Shown piece by piece: positions 38,117-51,216 of a DNA stretch of 64,000 nucleotides (position 1 is the stretch's first letter; each line of letters begins with the position of its first letter). The notes under the pieces are model-generated. The model made no database searches, was not told the DNA's origin, and worked only from the letters and a program-made list of their open reading frames with translations. A program made the translations under genes and the position numbers. The stretch covers positions 930,001-994,000 of the forward strand of contig NEEC01000013.1 of assembly GCA_002189035.1 (NCBI GenBank), in the 5' to 3' direction. The DNA comes from Utricularia gibba (lineage: Eukaryota; Plantae; Magnoliophyta).

Positions 38117-39949
38117 ATGGCCATTACCCATTCTCTGGACTGGGCTCTCTCTTCGGGGTTTGTCTCCGGATCAAGAAACTCGCTGACTAACTCACATTTC
38201 GTTGCCACGGTGAAATTCCCATTTCCCTTTGTTCTCTACTTTAATCTGAGTTCTCGTTCCGTGAGGGCGGATTCGTCTGCGTGTTCTCCGCCTCTGTTGG
38301 AGGAGGAAGCGCCTGTGATTGAGCTCGATTTGAGCTTTGAGGAGAAGCCGGAGAGTTTAAAGGCGGATTACGTTGATTTGAATGGTCTAATTTGCAGCTT
38401 CTTCAAGGATCCTGCTACTGAAAGTATTGGTTATGAGTGTTTCCGGAGTGCCAAAGGTAGAACAGATTTTAGGCCTCAGATTCAAACGCTGAACTGTCTG
38501 ACTACCTACTTGATCCGGTCTAAGAACTGGGGTTTACTGTTTTCATTATGCAATGATTTTAAATGCTATCGGGTTTTTCCCGATCGATCGACCTGTAGCA
38601 AGCTGATTAGTGCCTGTGTTAAAGCTAGGAAGTTCAGACTTGTGTATAGTTTTCTTCAAGTGTTCATGGAAAATGATTCCGAAATTTATCTGGTTGGGTT
38701 GGAATCCGCGTTGAGAGGATTCAATGAGCTGCATATGTACAGAAACTCTGTAGATGTGTACCAGAGATTCTTCAAGCCATCTGGCTTGGAACTGAGCCTT
38801 GCTTCATGCTCTCTTCTAATGGAAGCTTACATGAAAATGGGGCACCATGAAAAGGTTGTTGCAGTGTTCCATGAGTCCAGGAATGCGAAGGATTCTTCAT
38901 CCTCGTTGCATTCAAAAGCTTACTTGATTCTGTGTGAAGCTTTGGGTAAAATGGGAAGAAACAATGAGGCTGTAGCTTGTTTTAGAGAAATGTTGAAGAA
39001 GGGTATTGCAGAGAACCACAAGTTCTACTCATCTTTAATCCGCAACCTAGTTCACAGTGGTGATTTAGAAACGGCCGAGGAGCTTATGCTAGAAGGGGAG
39101 AGTAAGAAGATGATAAGAAACCCTGACCTTTTCTTCCAGCTTGTTGTGAAATATGTTGATCTTGGGACGGTGGAGAAGGCTCTCAACGTCGTGGCGACGA
39201 TGAAACGAGCTCACATCAGAGTGTCCGATTGCGTACTCAGTGCTGTAATCAATGGTTTCTGCAAGAGAAGAGGATCGAATGCAGCCCTTCAAGTGTACCA
39301 AACTCTAGTGTTGCAGGGACATGAACCAGGGCAGGCCACCTACGCCTCAGTCCTCAGTATGTATGCCCACCAGGGCTCATACTCCATGGCTGAATCAGTT
39401 CTCGTGGAGATGGAGAAAAGGGGATTCAACAAATGCTTAGTTGCATATTCTGCGATGGTCTCAGCGTACGCAAAACAAGGAAGAGCAAGTGACGCAACGA
39501 GGCTGGTTGCGAAGATGAAGTCACAAGGCTGCTATCCAAACATATGGACTTACAACTCCTTACTGGAGATGAGCAGCAGAGCACTGAACCTGAGGCAGAT
39601 GGAGAAGACATGGAAGGAGATGGCAAGGAGGAAGATCACCCCGAATCGAGTTAGCTACACGACGATCATCAGCGCTTACAACAGGAGCAAAGACTATGAA
39701 ACTTGCCTGAAGTACTTGGAGGAGTTCAAGTTAACAGGGGAGAAGGTGGATGCAACAATGGCTGGGATTCTCGTACCCGTCTTCTCAAAAACGAATCGAG
39801 TTGACGAGCTCGTCGAGCTTCTTCGAGAGATGAAGCTGGAGAGCACGAAGCTGGATACAAGGTTCTGCAGATCTGCTTTGATTGCCCTGAGAGATGCAGG
39901 GCTTGAGGTTCAGGCAAGATGGCTTGAAGGAACCTTGAGAAAGTCTTGA
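38117..39949 (+). CDS. P-class pentatricopeptide repeat protein, probably plastid-targeted, 610 aa, intronless
   Basis: Tandem 35-aa PPR motifs (e.g. VAYSAMVSAYAKQGRASDA, NIWTYNSLLEM, NRVSYTTIISAYNR). Ser-rich transit-peptide-like N-terminus. No E/DYW domain. Confidence 0.95.
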   Translation: MAITHSLDWALSSGFVSGSRNSLTNSHFVATVKFPFPFVLYFNLSSRSVRADSSACSPPLLEEEAPVIELDLSFEEKPESLKADYVDLNGLICSFFKDPATESIGYECFRSAKGRTDFRPQIQTLNCLTTYLIRSKNWGLLFSLCNDFKCYRVFPDRSTCSKLISACVKARKFRLVYSFLQVFMENDSEIYLVGLESALRGFNELHMYRNSVDVYQRFFKPSGLELSLASCSLLMEAYMKMGHHEKVVAVFHESRNAKDSSSSLHSKAYLILCEALGKMGRNNEAVACFREMLKKGIAENHKFYSSLIRNLVHSGDLETAEELMLEGESKKMIRNPDLFFQLVVKYVDLGTVEKALNVVATMKRAHIRVSDCVLSAVINGFCKRRGSNAALQVYQTLVLQGHEPGQATYASVLSMYAHQGSYSMAESVLVEMEKRGFNKCLVAYSAMVSAYAKQGRASDATRLVAKMKSQGCYPNIWTYNSLLEMSSRALNLRQMEKTWKEMARRKITPNRVSYTTIISAYNRSKDYETCLKYLEEFKLTGEKVDATMAGILVPVFSKTNRVDELVELLREMKLESTKLDTRFCRSALIALRDAGLEVQARWLEGTLRKS

Positions 39950-40192
39950 TGCGGTTGAAAAGAGCTCCACCTCTTTCTTTCTCTTGAACAACTGTTGGCT
40001 GGGGTAAAAAAATATATATATGTATGTATATATATAGTTCTTTTTTAAAAAAATGAAATAAAAATCGTTGGTAAAAAGTAGAAACTTGACAGCATGTATA
40101 AAAAAAAAACGGTGGAATGGGAGAAATTGAACAGCGGTGAAAAAGAAATTACCGCGAACGTAGTTGAAAACAAATAACCCTTGACACGCTTT

Positions 40193-40813
40193 TCACGCCG
40201 GCGCTTCAAAACGCTGGCCGTGTGGCGACCCGGAGAATTTCTGCTTCGGCAACCGCACCGACGAACGAATCGCTGTATTTGCTCGGGCGGCTACGGCTCT
40301 CCCTCTCTTCGATCGCGTCACAGAGGGGTGTGCAGCCTCCGCCAGATTGTAATTCCACGTCTCACCGGTCATTCGACGGCGGTCTCTCGCTGCCGTGTTC
40401 TCACGGCGGCCTTCGGCCGCGATCCTCGCTTTCTCGAAATGGCGTTCTTCGTAATCTTCACGAGCGGCGGCGGCGGCGTCGATGAGCGCGTTCCATAGTC
40501 GGGAACTCTCGGATTTATCTCCCTCTGCAATTGACTCTGAATTGACGGCGCATTCGGTTCGGAAAACGCGACCCGAGTCCTTGCGAGCGGCGGCGGCGGC
40601 GGTCTTACTTTTCTTCGCTGCATAGAAATCTTGCTTCGTCGGAGCATCGATGTAGGCGTTCGCGAAATCCCTCCTTTTACCAAATCCGCCGTAACCAATT
40701 GTGTCTCGAGGAAACACCCAACCAGATGTTGTCGGCGCCGCGACGGGACATTTGACCGATGACTTCCCCGCCGCGGATGTACGTCCGATCCTCGAAACGC
40801 CGTGTAGCGCCAT
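40193..40813 (-). CDS. Uncharacterised single-exon protein (206 aa as written; ~202 aa ending at 40206 if a 1-nt frameshift at 40285-40287 is corrected)
   Basis: GC-rich ATG-initiated ORF in an AT-rich background. The alternative frame after RSKRGRAVA reads PSKYSDSFV. Confidence 0.7.
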   Translation of the reverse strand: MALHGVSRIGRTSAAGKSSVKCPVAAPTTSGWVFPRDTIGYGGFGKRRDFANAYIDAPTKQDFYAAKKSKTAAAAARKDSGRVFRTECAVNSESIAEGDKSESSRLWNALIDAAAAAREDYEERHFEKARIAAEGRRENTAARDRRRMTGETWNYNLAEAAHPSVTRSKRGRAVAARANTAIRSSVRLPKQKFSGSPHGQRFEAPA

Positions 40814-42979
40814 GGATGGCGATCTGTTTCCTGCTGAACAATTCGAAAAAAACCCGAAGCGATTTGTGACGTTCTTCTTCGTGGGGGAGGTCGTGAATTA
40901 ACTCTTCGCCTGATATTCCCTATTTTTAATTGTGACGTTAATTTTTTTTACAAAAATATATCAAATATCAAATAAATTATACATTAACAAGAATAATAAA
41001 TCCAAAAACTTCCATAATATGTCATCTCTTTTAAATTGAAGATTAATTTCTCTATAAGAAAAAATAATTATTTAGATTAAAATCAAGTTTATTACTTTTT
41101 AAAAAACGCCTCTAAAAACATCATAAAAACCATATTTAATTCAAAGTTGAAGTTTCTTTCACGGGAGTAAGGAGTCCGCTAAAGGATTATATTTTTTTAA
41201 TAATAAAATAGAAACATTTATTATCATTATTTACGTATTTGATTGGTAAAATGAAAAGAATTTAACTTCAAAAATTGCAAATTATATTATCACGGGATTA
41301 ATGAATATTTTCAATGTTTTTTAAACTACAACATTAAATAATGATACTTAATTTTGGATCATTCCAAAAATGTTTTTTCATCAATTTCGAGAATTGTTTT
41401 TATCTATCTTATACTTCAATTTTTTTTTATTTTTAATTGATTTTTTTATATTTTACACTAATTTAATTTTTTTGTAAATAATTATATTTTATTAATTTTT
41501 AAGGTATTTTTCGAATCAATTTAAACAAAAATCATGATCCACTAATTTATGGATTTGATAGCCAACAAATCTTAGCCCAAAACTTGATCAAATGAAGAAG
41601 ATTTGATACATGATTTTTGGATGAGATAAATATTTAAAGATGATACATAAATAATTAGATAAAAATTTGAATATAAGATTTTATCCAAAACAAGTACAAT
41701 ATAAGATTCAAATCTTTTATTTTATAATTATTCCACTCTCTCAATCATTATACATGTTTTGACTATTGTTCTTTTTTTTTTTCTTATTTTCATGTTTATT
41801 TTCAAGTTAGAATTAAATATGCATGTATAGTAGTTTGTGATTAAAGATCTACTATAAAACTTTGCTTGTATAAATTACTGCATGTATGACTATTTTATCA
41901 TGTTTTTCAATATTTAATTTGAGATTTAATTTCATTTTTTTAATATTTTTTTTACCAATATACTTTATATTACTACATTATCCTAATTAAGTATGAGAGA
42001 ATCTCAAATTAGTCTCAAGTATCTAAGTAAAAGGATTCAATCAAACATTATTGATAAGATACTTTCAATTGAATCTATTTGTGAGTGTGTGGGGTGTAGG
42101 AGTTAAAATCGAGTGTGAGTAAAATATGGATTATCAAATTGGTGAAATAGTTCTAATAGATTGATTCTATAATTCTATTAAATAATAGATAATATTATAG
42201 CAGTTATTAAATAATATTACTTTAAAATAACATTCACATAACTTGCACAAGCAAATTAATATTCAAGGTTTACATATATACATGATCTAGTTTTAACATG
42301 ATGGATCCTTGATCCAAAGATTTTAGTTTGTTTTAATTCATTTTAGAAAATTTAAAAATAATCAATTTCTTATAGAAACGATATTAATTTATTATTTCAA
42401 CGATTTCTATATGTTTGTAAATTTTTAAATATCAAATGACTTATCAAATTTTTAGAAAAATGATAATTGGTAATCCAAAGTAGCAAAAAAAAATGTTTAT
42501 ATATTATGAAAAAATTTCACTAAAAATGAATGAAGTAAAATGAACAAGATTCACAAGAATTTACAATAAATTCCAAAAAATAGATTATTATATTATATTT
42601 ATTTATTATACATCTATTCAAGAATATGAAATTATATTGTAACATTTGCTTTTCAACTGTATTATATGTAAATAAAGCTAAAATTAAAAATATTGTATTT
42701 AATTGCATGAAAAAACTTCAAATTAAACCTACATTTCTTTTCTTTACTTAATCCAAAATATTATATTTAATAATCAATAAAAAAATTAATTAACATACAT
42801 TAATTTTATGTAAATCCAAATAAATTAAATATGTTTCATCCTAATTTCATATATATAGACCTGCTTTGTACAAAGAGTACAGCGCTCCGTTGTCGGCTAT
42901 TCGGTTTTCCGGAGTCAAAAATACGAGAGCCGATAACCGATCCTCGGAAAATCAGGCATCGTCGGAGCTGATGGTGGGT

Positions 42980-45900
42980 TTATGTGAAGAGCATCTTAAG
43001 TTCTTCGATCCGCGATGTTCGGACTTCTTGGTCAGTTAAGGCTCCGGCAATCATCCGTTGCTTCCGGGCCTGCACTGCTTCCATTCGTTCCTCCACGCTG
43101 CCCTGCAATGTGCGGCACACAGACATGAGCATCTCAAGTAATGACGCAAGGAATAGGGTGAAGTGCGAGAAGTTAGTTGCCTTCACGATGAAGCGCTTGA
43201 TGACTACTGGTTTAGTTTGTCCGATGCGGTGGATGCGCATCACGGCTTGCTCCTCCACTGCCGGATTCCACCACGGATCCTACACGGGTATCATGTTGCG
43301 GATTGTGGAGTTAGCTGAAGCGCAGTGGAGATCACATTCAAGTGTAGTGATAGCAGAACAGGGTAAAGAATATGGTACCATTATGAATGCATTCGACGCT
43401 GCAGTGAGATTGATGCCAACTCCACCAGCTTTCAATGACATGAGCAGCACCTGCAAAATGGGAGATGAGAGAATCGGAAGGACTGCATACAAAAAATATG
43501 GCTGCTGCTCATGATTCAGCTCCTATCTAATGGGTTCATGTTGGAAGGCCATCTAGGATATATGTGGTTGTGCAATGCAAGTCTTGCTGGTGTAAAGTGA
43601 ACTGCGAAAACCGGAATATCCGTACCATACTGTGCATATAAAACGAAAGGGCGAACCTTAGTTGTATCATCATCTGAGAATTGCTTAAGAACTCTTTCAC
43701 GATGTTTCTGGTTCAGGGTGCCATCAAGACGAAGGAATGAAATGTTGCCCCTGTAAAGCATAGTCAGGAAAGAAGATCATACAGTGCATTTTATATCACG
43801 CTGCATTTTAAACATCTGAAAATTACACTACTCCAATATGAGGTACCGAGAAAGAGGAATCTGCAGCAGATCCAGAAAGGAAGTCCATTGGCTGAACACA
43901 ATGCTTTTTGAGCCTGTTGACTCCAGAAATCTGAGTTCATGGATAAGAGCAGAGACCTTTGATGATTCCACCCAGTTTTCCTCAACATTGACACGGAACC
44001 GACTACTAGTTGGGGCCGTGATGAGCTCTTGTTTGGTCATTAGCTTCCTGCGAAACCAACAATGAGGTAGATCAGATATATTGCTAAGAAGTCCTGTTTT
44101 GGGTGAAAAAAATAGCGAGTACCCATCATAGTAAGTTTCTACCTACAAACAGGACAGAAGCCTGACGTGGAACTTTTCCAGCTTGATAGAAGACACTCTC
44201 TGCAAAGTCTGTGAGCACATGGGGTTAACACTGCGTCTTCAAAAGCCTCCAAGCATATAGGGCATTCTCCTTGCTCCCCTTTCTTTAGCTCATCAACAAC
44301 TTCCTGAACATAAGCACGTGATGGTCCATCTTGTAACTGACCATCCCCATCCGTATCACTTGTGAGGAAACGCCTTGCAAGTTTATTCAGATCAGCATAC
44401 TCTTGGGTGTCACCTCGACTTTCCATACAAAGAAAATGCATCCATAGTCAGAAAGAGTCTTACCAGAAACTAAACTAAATAAACATGCGTTTGATCCAGA
44501 ATACAATGATGAATTATTCAGTGGGAATTCACAATCAAGATGAATAGGCGTTAAATGTATACGTGATCCTCTTAGAGGATAAAATGTTCCTTTCCAATCT
44601 CATAGGAACTCAGGAAAAACATGTTTTTTCATATTCAAATAATCATGATCAAAGAAAACAAATATGAAGACAACTGTAGGGAATAGCCAAAAAAGTATCA
44701 GCACCTCATGACAAGGAATGGGTGGTCACAGCATTGCCGAAGGCGCAAAAGCAATTCCAAGATTGATGCATAGTTATGAAGTACCCGCCCTTGCTCCACA
44801 AATTTGTCAAATTTAATCTAAAGAAATCACTTTCAACTTCAGAAATGACTATAGGTTGTCTTATGAGAAAAAAAACTCATAAAATAATACCTTCGATCTC
44901 TTAAATAATGCTTCATAGAAATCACTTTCCGCCTCAGAAAAATTGCAATATACCACTTGAATATCGGCCGGTGGAAGTTCTAAAATTCGTCTGAAAGCAA
45001 GGAGAATTAAAAAAAACCGAAGAAATTGCAGGTACTTGAGTAAACAAAAACTACAATAGCTGTAAGGCACACACCTGCCAAATCGATCTGTGCTAGATTT
45101 AGTTCTTCTCAGCATTATCCGTTTCAAGATAGACTGAACTAAAATCAGTCCCCTCTCATCACCTTCCTCATAAGGTTTCTGGATAAGCTTATTCCACCTA
45201 AAATTTAGGAAAAAAAAATGATCAAACAGGACAGCATATTATTCAATGGATTGTGGCTAACTAAGGTGAATATACAGAAGCATATACGAAAACATCTACA
45301 GATAAATGGTTGCTGGGAAAAAAATCAGCAAAAATTGGAAAAAGAAATCCCGTTGAGTTTATTTTTAAATACTAAATGAACAAAAAAGAAAACCTACCAC
45401 GCCCAATTTCCCCATGGTTCAATCTTCAGAAAGCGAAGAAGGCTATAGATATCCTCCAGGTTATTCTGATGAAGGAAAAGTTATGCATCATGAAGAGCAT
45501 AAAATATCAGCGTTGCAGAACCAATGCCATTCAAGAACTAAGAAATGAAATATATAAATACCCTAAATTTATCAACAGTGCTGATTAACAAAGTGTTAAG
45601 TGTTTACAGGCAGTGCACATTTTTTTAACAATTACCTGGACAGGTGTGCCAGTGAGGCACCATCGATTGTCAGCGACAAGAGCAGCAGCAGCCATAGAGA
45701 CTTGGCTTTTTGATGATTTGATAGTATGCGCTTCATCAAGAACTACTCTATGCCACCTAATTGAAAATAATCCCCCAGTTTCCTCTGAATTCTGCAAGGA
45801 AAAATATAAATTAGGAGGTGTATTTATACGGTGTACAATAAACCACAAAAAAAATATGTGATTTCTTTTATGAAAAAAGAAGAGGTGCTGGCAATACCTC

Positions 45901-48290
45901 AGCTGAAAATTCTGAGGCAAGAATCCCATACGTAGTAAGTACAACACTATTTTGTGATAGAACTTTGATGCCCTTGGATCTGCCTTGCCCATAATGCATA
46001 TAAATAGATAAAGCCCCAGGCTCCGAGTGTGTTTCAATCTCTCCCTAAGAAAAGAAAAATGGCATAGAATGCTAGGCTAGTATTCTGATGCATATGGTAA
46101 ATTATAATCAGGATTTACGCATACCTTCCATTGCCCAAGAAGAGTCATTGGACAAACAATTAGATTTCCACCACTAACTAGAGCTCTTTTTTTCAAAGGA
46201 GTGCCCAAAACAATCATCTTTGTTGTTTTCTTTGGAGTTAGTGGAGAAATATCAGATATGTTTTCATCAGATGCCACCAGTCCACTTACACCACTTGAAA
46301 ATCTTCGTCTTTCAGGATGTGCAAGAAGGAGAGACAACGTCATGATAGTCTTTCCAAGCCCCATAGTATCAGCCAAAATCTGCAATGACGTCTTAATTGG
46401 AAAACGATTCCCAAATAGACATGCAGGTTCTAACAAATCACTAGTGACGTACTCCTCCTTTTGCCAATTGAAGTGTGCTAGGGAATTCCGATGATGCATC
46501 ACCTGAAAAGGAATTTATATATAAAGCAAGACCTCTCCTGCCAGAAAGAAGAAGAACAGCACATTGATCAGAAAAATCGATTTTTCAACTAGATTGAAGT
46601 CTGTTGTACCTGTCAGCAAGGTGGTAAGCTTCCCAGCAGGGGTGCAAAGTTCTTGCAGCCTCATCTTCAGATTCTCCCCTCTCCATCTGACTCATCCAAT
46701 GAAGAGCCTGCTTCTGGTAGGGTCGAAGATCACAGAGCAGGGTTGCTGGAGGTTCCATCTCCTAAAGTTAATAAAGAATTTTATTTAGCATATAAATAAG
46801 CGTCAGACGCAAGATTTTGTTTAGAGTTTCTTCACCTCCAACTGTATGTCATCAGTGACACCAATGATATTTTCAAGATCTCTTTCTGATATAGCATCCT
46901 CATTTTCAGCATTGCTTCTAACGCCAGAAGGTGTAATCTTAATCATGATAATAGGGAAGTATGTTAAAACAGGGATACCCTAATTAGCATAAGGCATGAA
47001 CATCAATTTTCATCAAACTGAAACACTGAATAATGCATTTAGCATTACCGCTTTAACCAGAGGTCTCTTTCTAGTGTGCAGATTTCCTGGATTGAATTGT
47101 GCCTACGAAGTTCAGAGAGCTTAAAGTAAATGTGAAATCATTCATACAAAAAAATCAGGCAGAAAGGCAAAATTTTTCACAAGAACTGTAAAATTGGATA
47201 GTAAAGTTGGATAGCCATTTCACCCTCTTGAAAGGAACCATCCCAAGCATCATGAACAAATTTGGAAGGGGATTAACAAGGGACTCCTCGGATGAATTGC
47301 AAGATGCTTTAAGTGCAGTCTGATGATTTTTTTGTAACATGCGGCTGTTAATATATACGCTGCAGATACATAAAGCACGCCTTAATAAACATCTTCACTC
47401 AAAATCCATCTCACCGAATCAACGCTCTCATCTTTCTTTTCTAAATATTTTTTCAATACCATTTGTATATTGATCAGATTCTCCATAATGAGGCTACCTG
47501 ATCTTCAAAATAACAGTGTCCATGATTTCCAGTACAGGAGGTGCTGACTGGCAATAACCAAAAACACGAATCTTGTTATCCTTCACCAGAGGCAAAAGAC
47601 ATCTAGACCACTCGTTGGGAATACGACCAACCTAAAACAGAATTTTGAAAATAGAATCTTATAAACCAATAAAAAATCAAATCTACTAAAGAGAAAAGCG
47701 TACAACAACAAACTTGGCACAAGATAGATAAAACTGAAAGGTACCTCTCCATGCCTCTTAGAATAAAACCTAACAATCTGTGAGCATACAGCCACTTGCC
47801 GAGGCCTAACTCGACCATATTTCCCTGCTGCTTTCGGCCACTTTTTATCCAAAGGAAACTTAAAATTCACCTGATCCCCTGTATTCAAAACTCTCCCTTT
47901 ACAAGTAGACAACCCAGCTATCTGACCATATCCAACAAACCACCAATCACTTTCCAACTCCTCCATCTCTTCAACATTAGTGTCGTTATCTCCCTCTTGC
48001 TTTAACCCAGCCTCAGTTTTAACACACCCATTTGAAATCAACCCAGAATCCATTTCACCTGTATCTGCAACACTGTTCGCCTTCACAGGCTCATTACATG
48101 GAATCATGCTGATGGGCTCAGCTTTAATTGGGACATCAAATGGCTTGAAAATTCTGGGTGCGTCGAAAATGATGTTAATAGCACCAACTGGGTCGTTTTT
48201 CGCCATATGGAGAGCTCGGATTATGTCCATGTCCGTGAACGACCCACCGACGACAGAGCGGACCGTCGAAATCACCTCCGTGTTCATCAT
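42980..48290 (-). CDS. RAD5A: RAD5-type SNF2 helicase / RING E3 ligase (HIRAN-SNF2-RING-HELICc), 20 exons, ~1025 aa; apparent 1-nt frameshift in exon 11
   Basis: N-terminus [26 protein letters not shown] region, [75 protein letters not shown]. All junction phases fit except exon 11 (45464-45398: 67 nt where 68 are needed). The last intron is GC-AG. Confidence 0.95.
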
Positions 48291-49004
48291 TTTCACGAGC
48301 TTTCGAAAAGATCTATCTACACGAACCGTAATGGCATCTCGATTGCTCAGACCCCTGACTCACTCACTCATCTGCAGAACGACTTGTGAGCCCTAGGAAT
48401 TTTGGCGGGGCGATTCAATCGTAAATCTCAAATTTGGCTCTAAAGTATTCCCGCTATCTTTGCTCATTTAACCCTCCCCCAACTTATTATAATTACGCAA
48501 ATTCCCCATCAAATGACCCCTTTTTTTATAAATAAATAAATTCCGAATTTTCTCAACAAAACAACTACCAAGTAGGTGTGCTTTGTGAAATTTTTTGCGT
48601 ATGCATCAATACACCGTTATTATTAAAAAAATTAAAAAATATTAAATTTTTTGTATTATTTCTATGATTTCATCCATCATCATATATCATTTTTTAATTA
48701 AATACATTTTATCTAAATTATTAGTCATTGATTTTTATTAAGATTTTATTTTTTATATTAATAAAATACTAAAAATAATAAATTTTAAAAGAAAAACCGT
48801 GCTTTGTAGCAAAACAACTGTACCATAGAAAAAAGGACTGGATTGAAGCTCAAAGCTCAAGCTTCTGAGCATTGAGCTCAATTTCATCATCTATTTGTTG
48901 GAACTAACCGCAATGATATACACAAGTATATGTTTGGAAGAGATCACACTACGGGGATGGAATCTCGTCTCTGCGTTTGAAACAGCCTGGTTCTGAGGTG
49001 TCTC

Positions 49005-51216
49005 TCATGGAGCAGATAAATGCTGTTGTATCGTCTGGACTCGCTGATGAGGCTCTGCCTTTGGAGCAGAAGTTCTGCCCATTTTCGCATCCGATGGCGG
49101 AGGAAGAAGTTTACATCCAATTCGCGTCATGAGGGAACTGGGAGATCGAACAAAACCAGCTTGATTCTTCATCTTCCTCACATGCTCCTTCATTCTGCTA
49201 ACCTCCTCTTCAAGTTCACCAACTCTTGACATCATCCTGTCCATGTCGATTTTGAGCTCTTCGTTTTGTTCAGAAACTGCCAACCATCTACCCTGTGGGA
49301 TTCGTCGATCAGAAACTTCCATGGCAGCAGTTTCGGGTAGAGGAGTGATTTCAGTATCCAGGGTACTGAGATAACCAGCCAGAGCTACTCGCAGATGCAG
49401 CTGCTCAAAGAACAAAGCTTGGCACTTGACTCTCATCGGTAGCCTGTCGTTTTGAGAAGCATGCTCGCATGCATCGATCGAGAGCTTCTGGAAATCAATG
49501 ATGGTGCACAGCTGCTCTTGTTCCTTCTCCGACAACCATGTGTGTTCCTGCGAATGAAAAACAAACCATTTCAGACGAAGAAGCCTGTGCTTCCATCTAT
49601 ATTAACCCAAGCTCTATAAGCATCGTGTGGATGTGCATCAAGCAAAAGAAGGTGAAGTCAGGAATGGTAAAGAGCTCATTAGACCTTAAGATATATGTCG
49701 ACGGCTCGGTACACCCCATCGCAGAAAGTTCTTGAAGAATCAGGCAATGTTTCTGCCAGGAGTCGAAATTTTCCGGGCTTCAGATTTGCATCAGAAGCAA
49801 CCTCAGCAAGATACTGGTCGACCAGTTTGGAAACTCTAGCAAAACGCTGAGGCGATGGTGGCATTCCTTGGTCAACAGATAAAGGAGGAGATGTGGAACC
49901 AACAAATTCTCCAGAGGAAACAAAATAGGAAAGCATCCTTTCAACACAGTCACAATCATATAATGTCTCAGAATCGGAATAAGTTGGTATCAGTAAGCCA
50001 TCCAATGTGGCAAACTCCAACTGTATGCCCACTTTCCTTTCCAAAGTATCCAGGTATGTGCGGTCGAGCCCGATGATCAAAGCAACCCGTAGAAGTCCCA
50101 GTAAAAACCGGCATAAGGACTTGCTTCTCTTCTCTGGAAGTAGATTGATGATAGTTTCCAAGATGAACTTTTGATCAGCAGTTGCAGGCATCACATTGAG
50201 ATTTGCTGTTGTTTTAGACTTACCAGCTTGTTCTCCCTGCCAACGATACAATCCTGGAAGATTTTTTACACAATAGAACATAATTGCACGAACTAAGATG
50301 TTTTTATTCACCCCTTTGGCTTCTACAGTACGAATTAGCCTCTCAAATAGCTCAACACAGAGACAGGAAACATCTCCAAACCACCAATCGGAATCATCAC
50401 TACGGATATTTGCACCTGTGTTTATTCCATTCCAGAGTATACTCCCTCCAGGGCTTTGAAGGCTACCATACATTTTCATTGGCCATCCAAATAAAGAAGC
50501 ATCGGTGCAAATCATAACAGACATGGCATTTATGCATCTAGTTGAAAGTCGAAGCTTGTCAGCTGTTGGAAGGACTGCTTCACAGCTTTGGAGAACCAAA
50601 ACACAATCTTTCCAATGTTTCAGAATGTGTTCATGGAAGAAATTCTCCAACTTGGATTGTAAATTGTCCTCCCCATAATCATCAGTCATCTCAAGAAATT
50701 GTGCCGCACAATGCAAAATTACAATGTTTCCTGGTGTGAGCTCCAAACGACTACCATAGCAAAATTTTGCGATCTTCAAGAACAAATCGGCACCACCAGG
50801 AAAATCTGATAGAGTAACGTCGAACAGAGTTGCTTGTCTGCTTTCAGATTTCTCAAACATTGCGGCTATCTTCCCGCATCTTGAAATAAGAGGAAACTGT
50901 AGGGCAAACATAATCAAAAGTGCAAGTTACGACTTAATGTTGCGAAAGCAAACATGCAAAACTACACCATGAAAGGGAAACCCTGCTTCTATAGATTTCG
51001 GTTGCAATGGTACCTTGTGAAGATGGAATTTGATTTCATCCACCACAACCACGATATCAGTGGGTAAAGTTGAATTGCAGAACCTGGGAAGAGAAACAGG
51101 CCCATTGGTAAAAATCATCATCTGACACTACAGTACAATGTGACCGAAAAAATACAAAGGGGGTACCAGTCATTCCCTTCCCGGTGGAATCCTGAAAATT
51201 TTCCAGCAGGTGCCAT
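49005..51216 (-). CDS. BTB/POZ-NPH3 (NRL family) protein, 4 exons, ~624 aa
   Basis: Exons 51216-51167, 51083-51014, 50896-49685, 49547-49005 (1875 nt). MAPAGKFSGFHREGNDWFC, FHLHKFPL, DFPGGADLF..AKFCYG, WWFGDV, DGVYRAVDIYLK, HASQNDRLP, C-terminal coiled coil. Confidence 0.95.

Noticed and set aside
42893-42950. Hairpin or pseudoknot-like pairing in the RAD5A 3' UTR
   Set aside because: Short imperfect GC-rich stems are compatible with chance, and conservation cannot be assessed here.
46938-46982. AAG acceptor for RAD5A exon 5 at 46938-46940
   Set aside because: An upstream TAG (46980-46982) is in frame and gives a length closer to homologs. Both keep the frame, so this is not a lesion.
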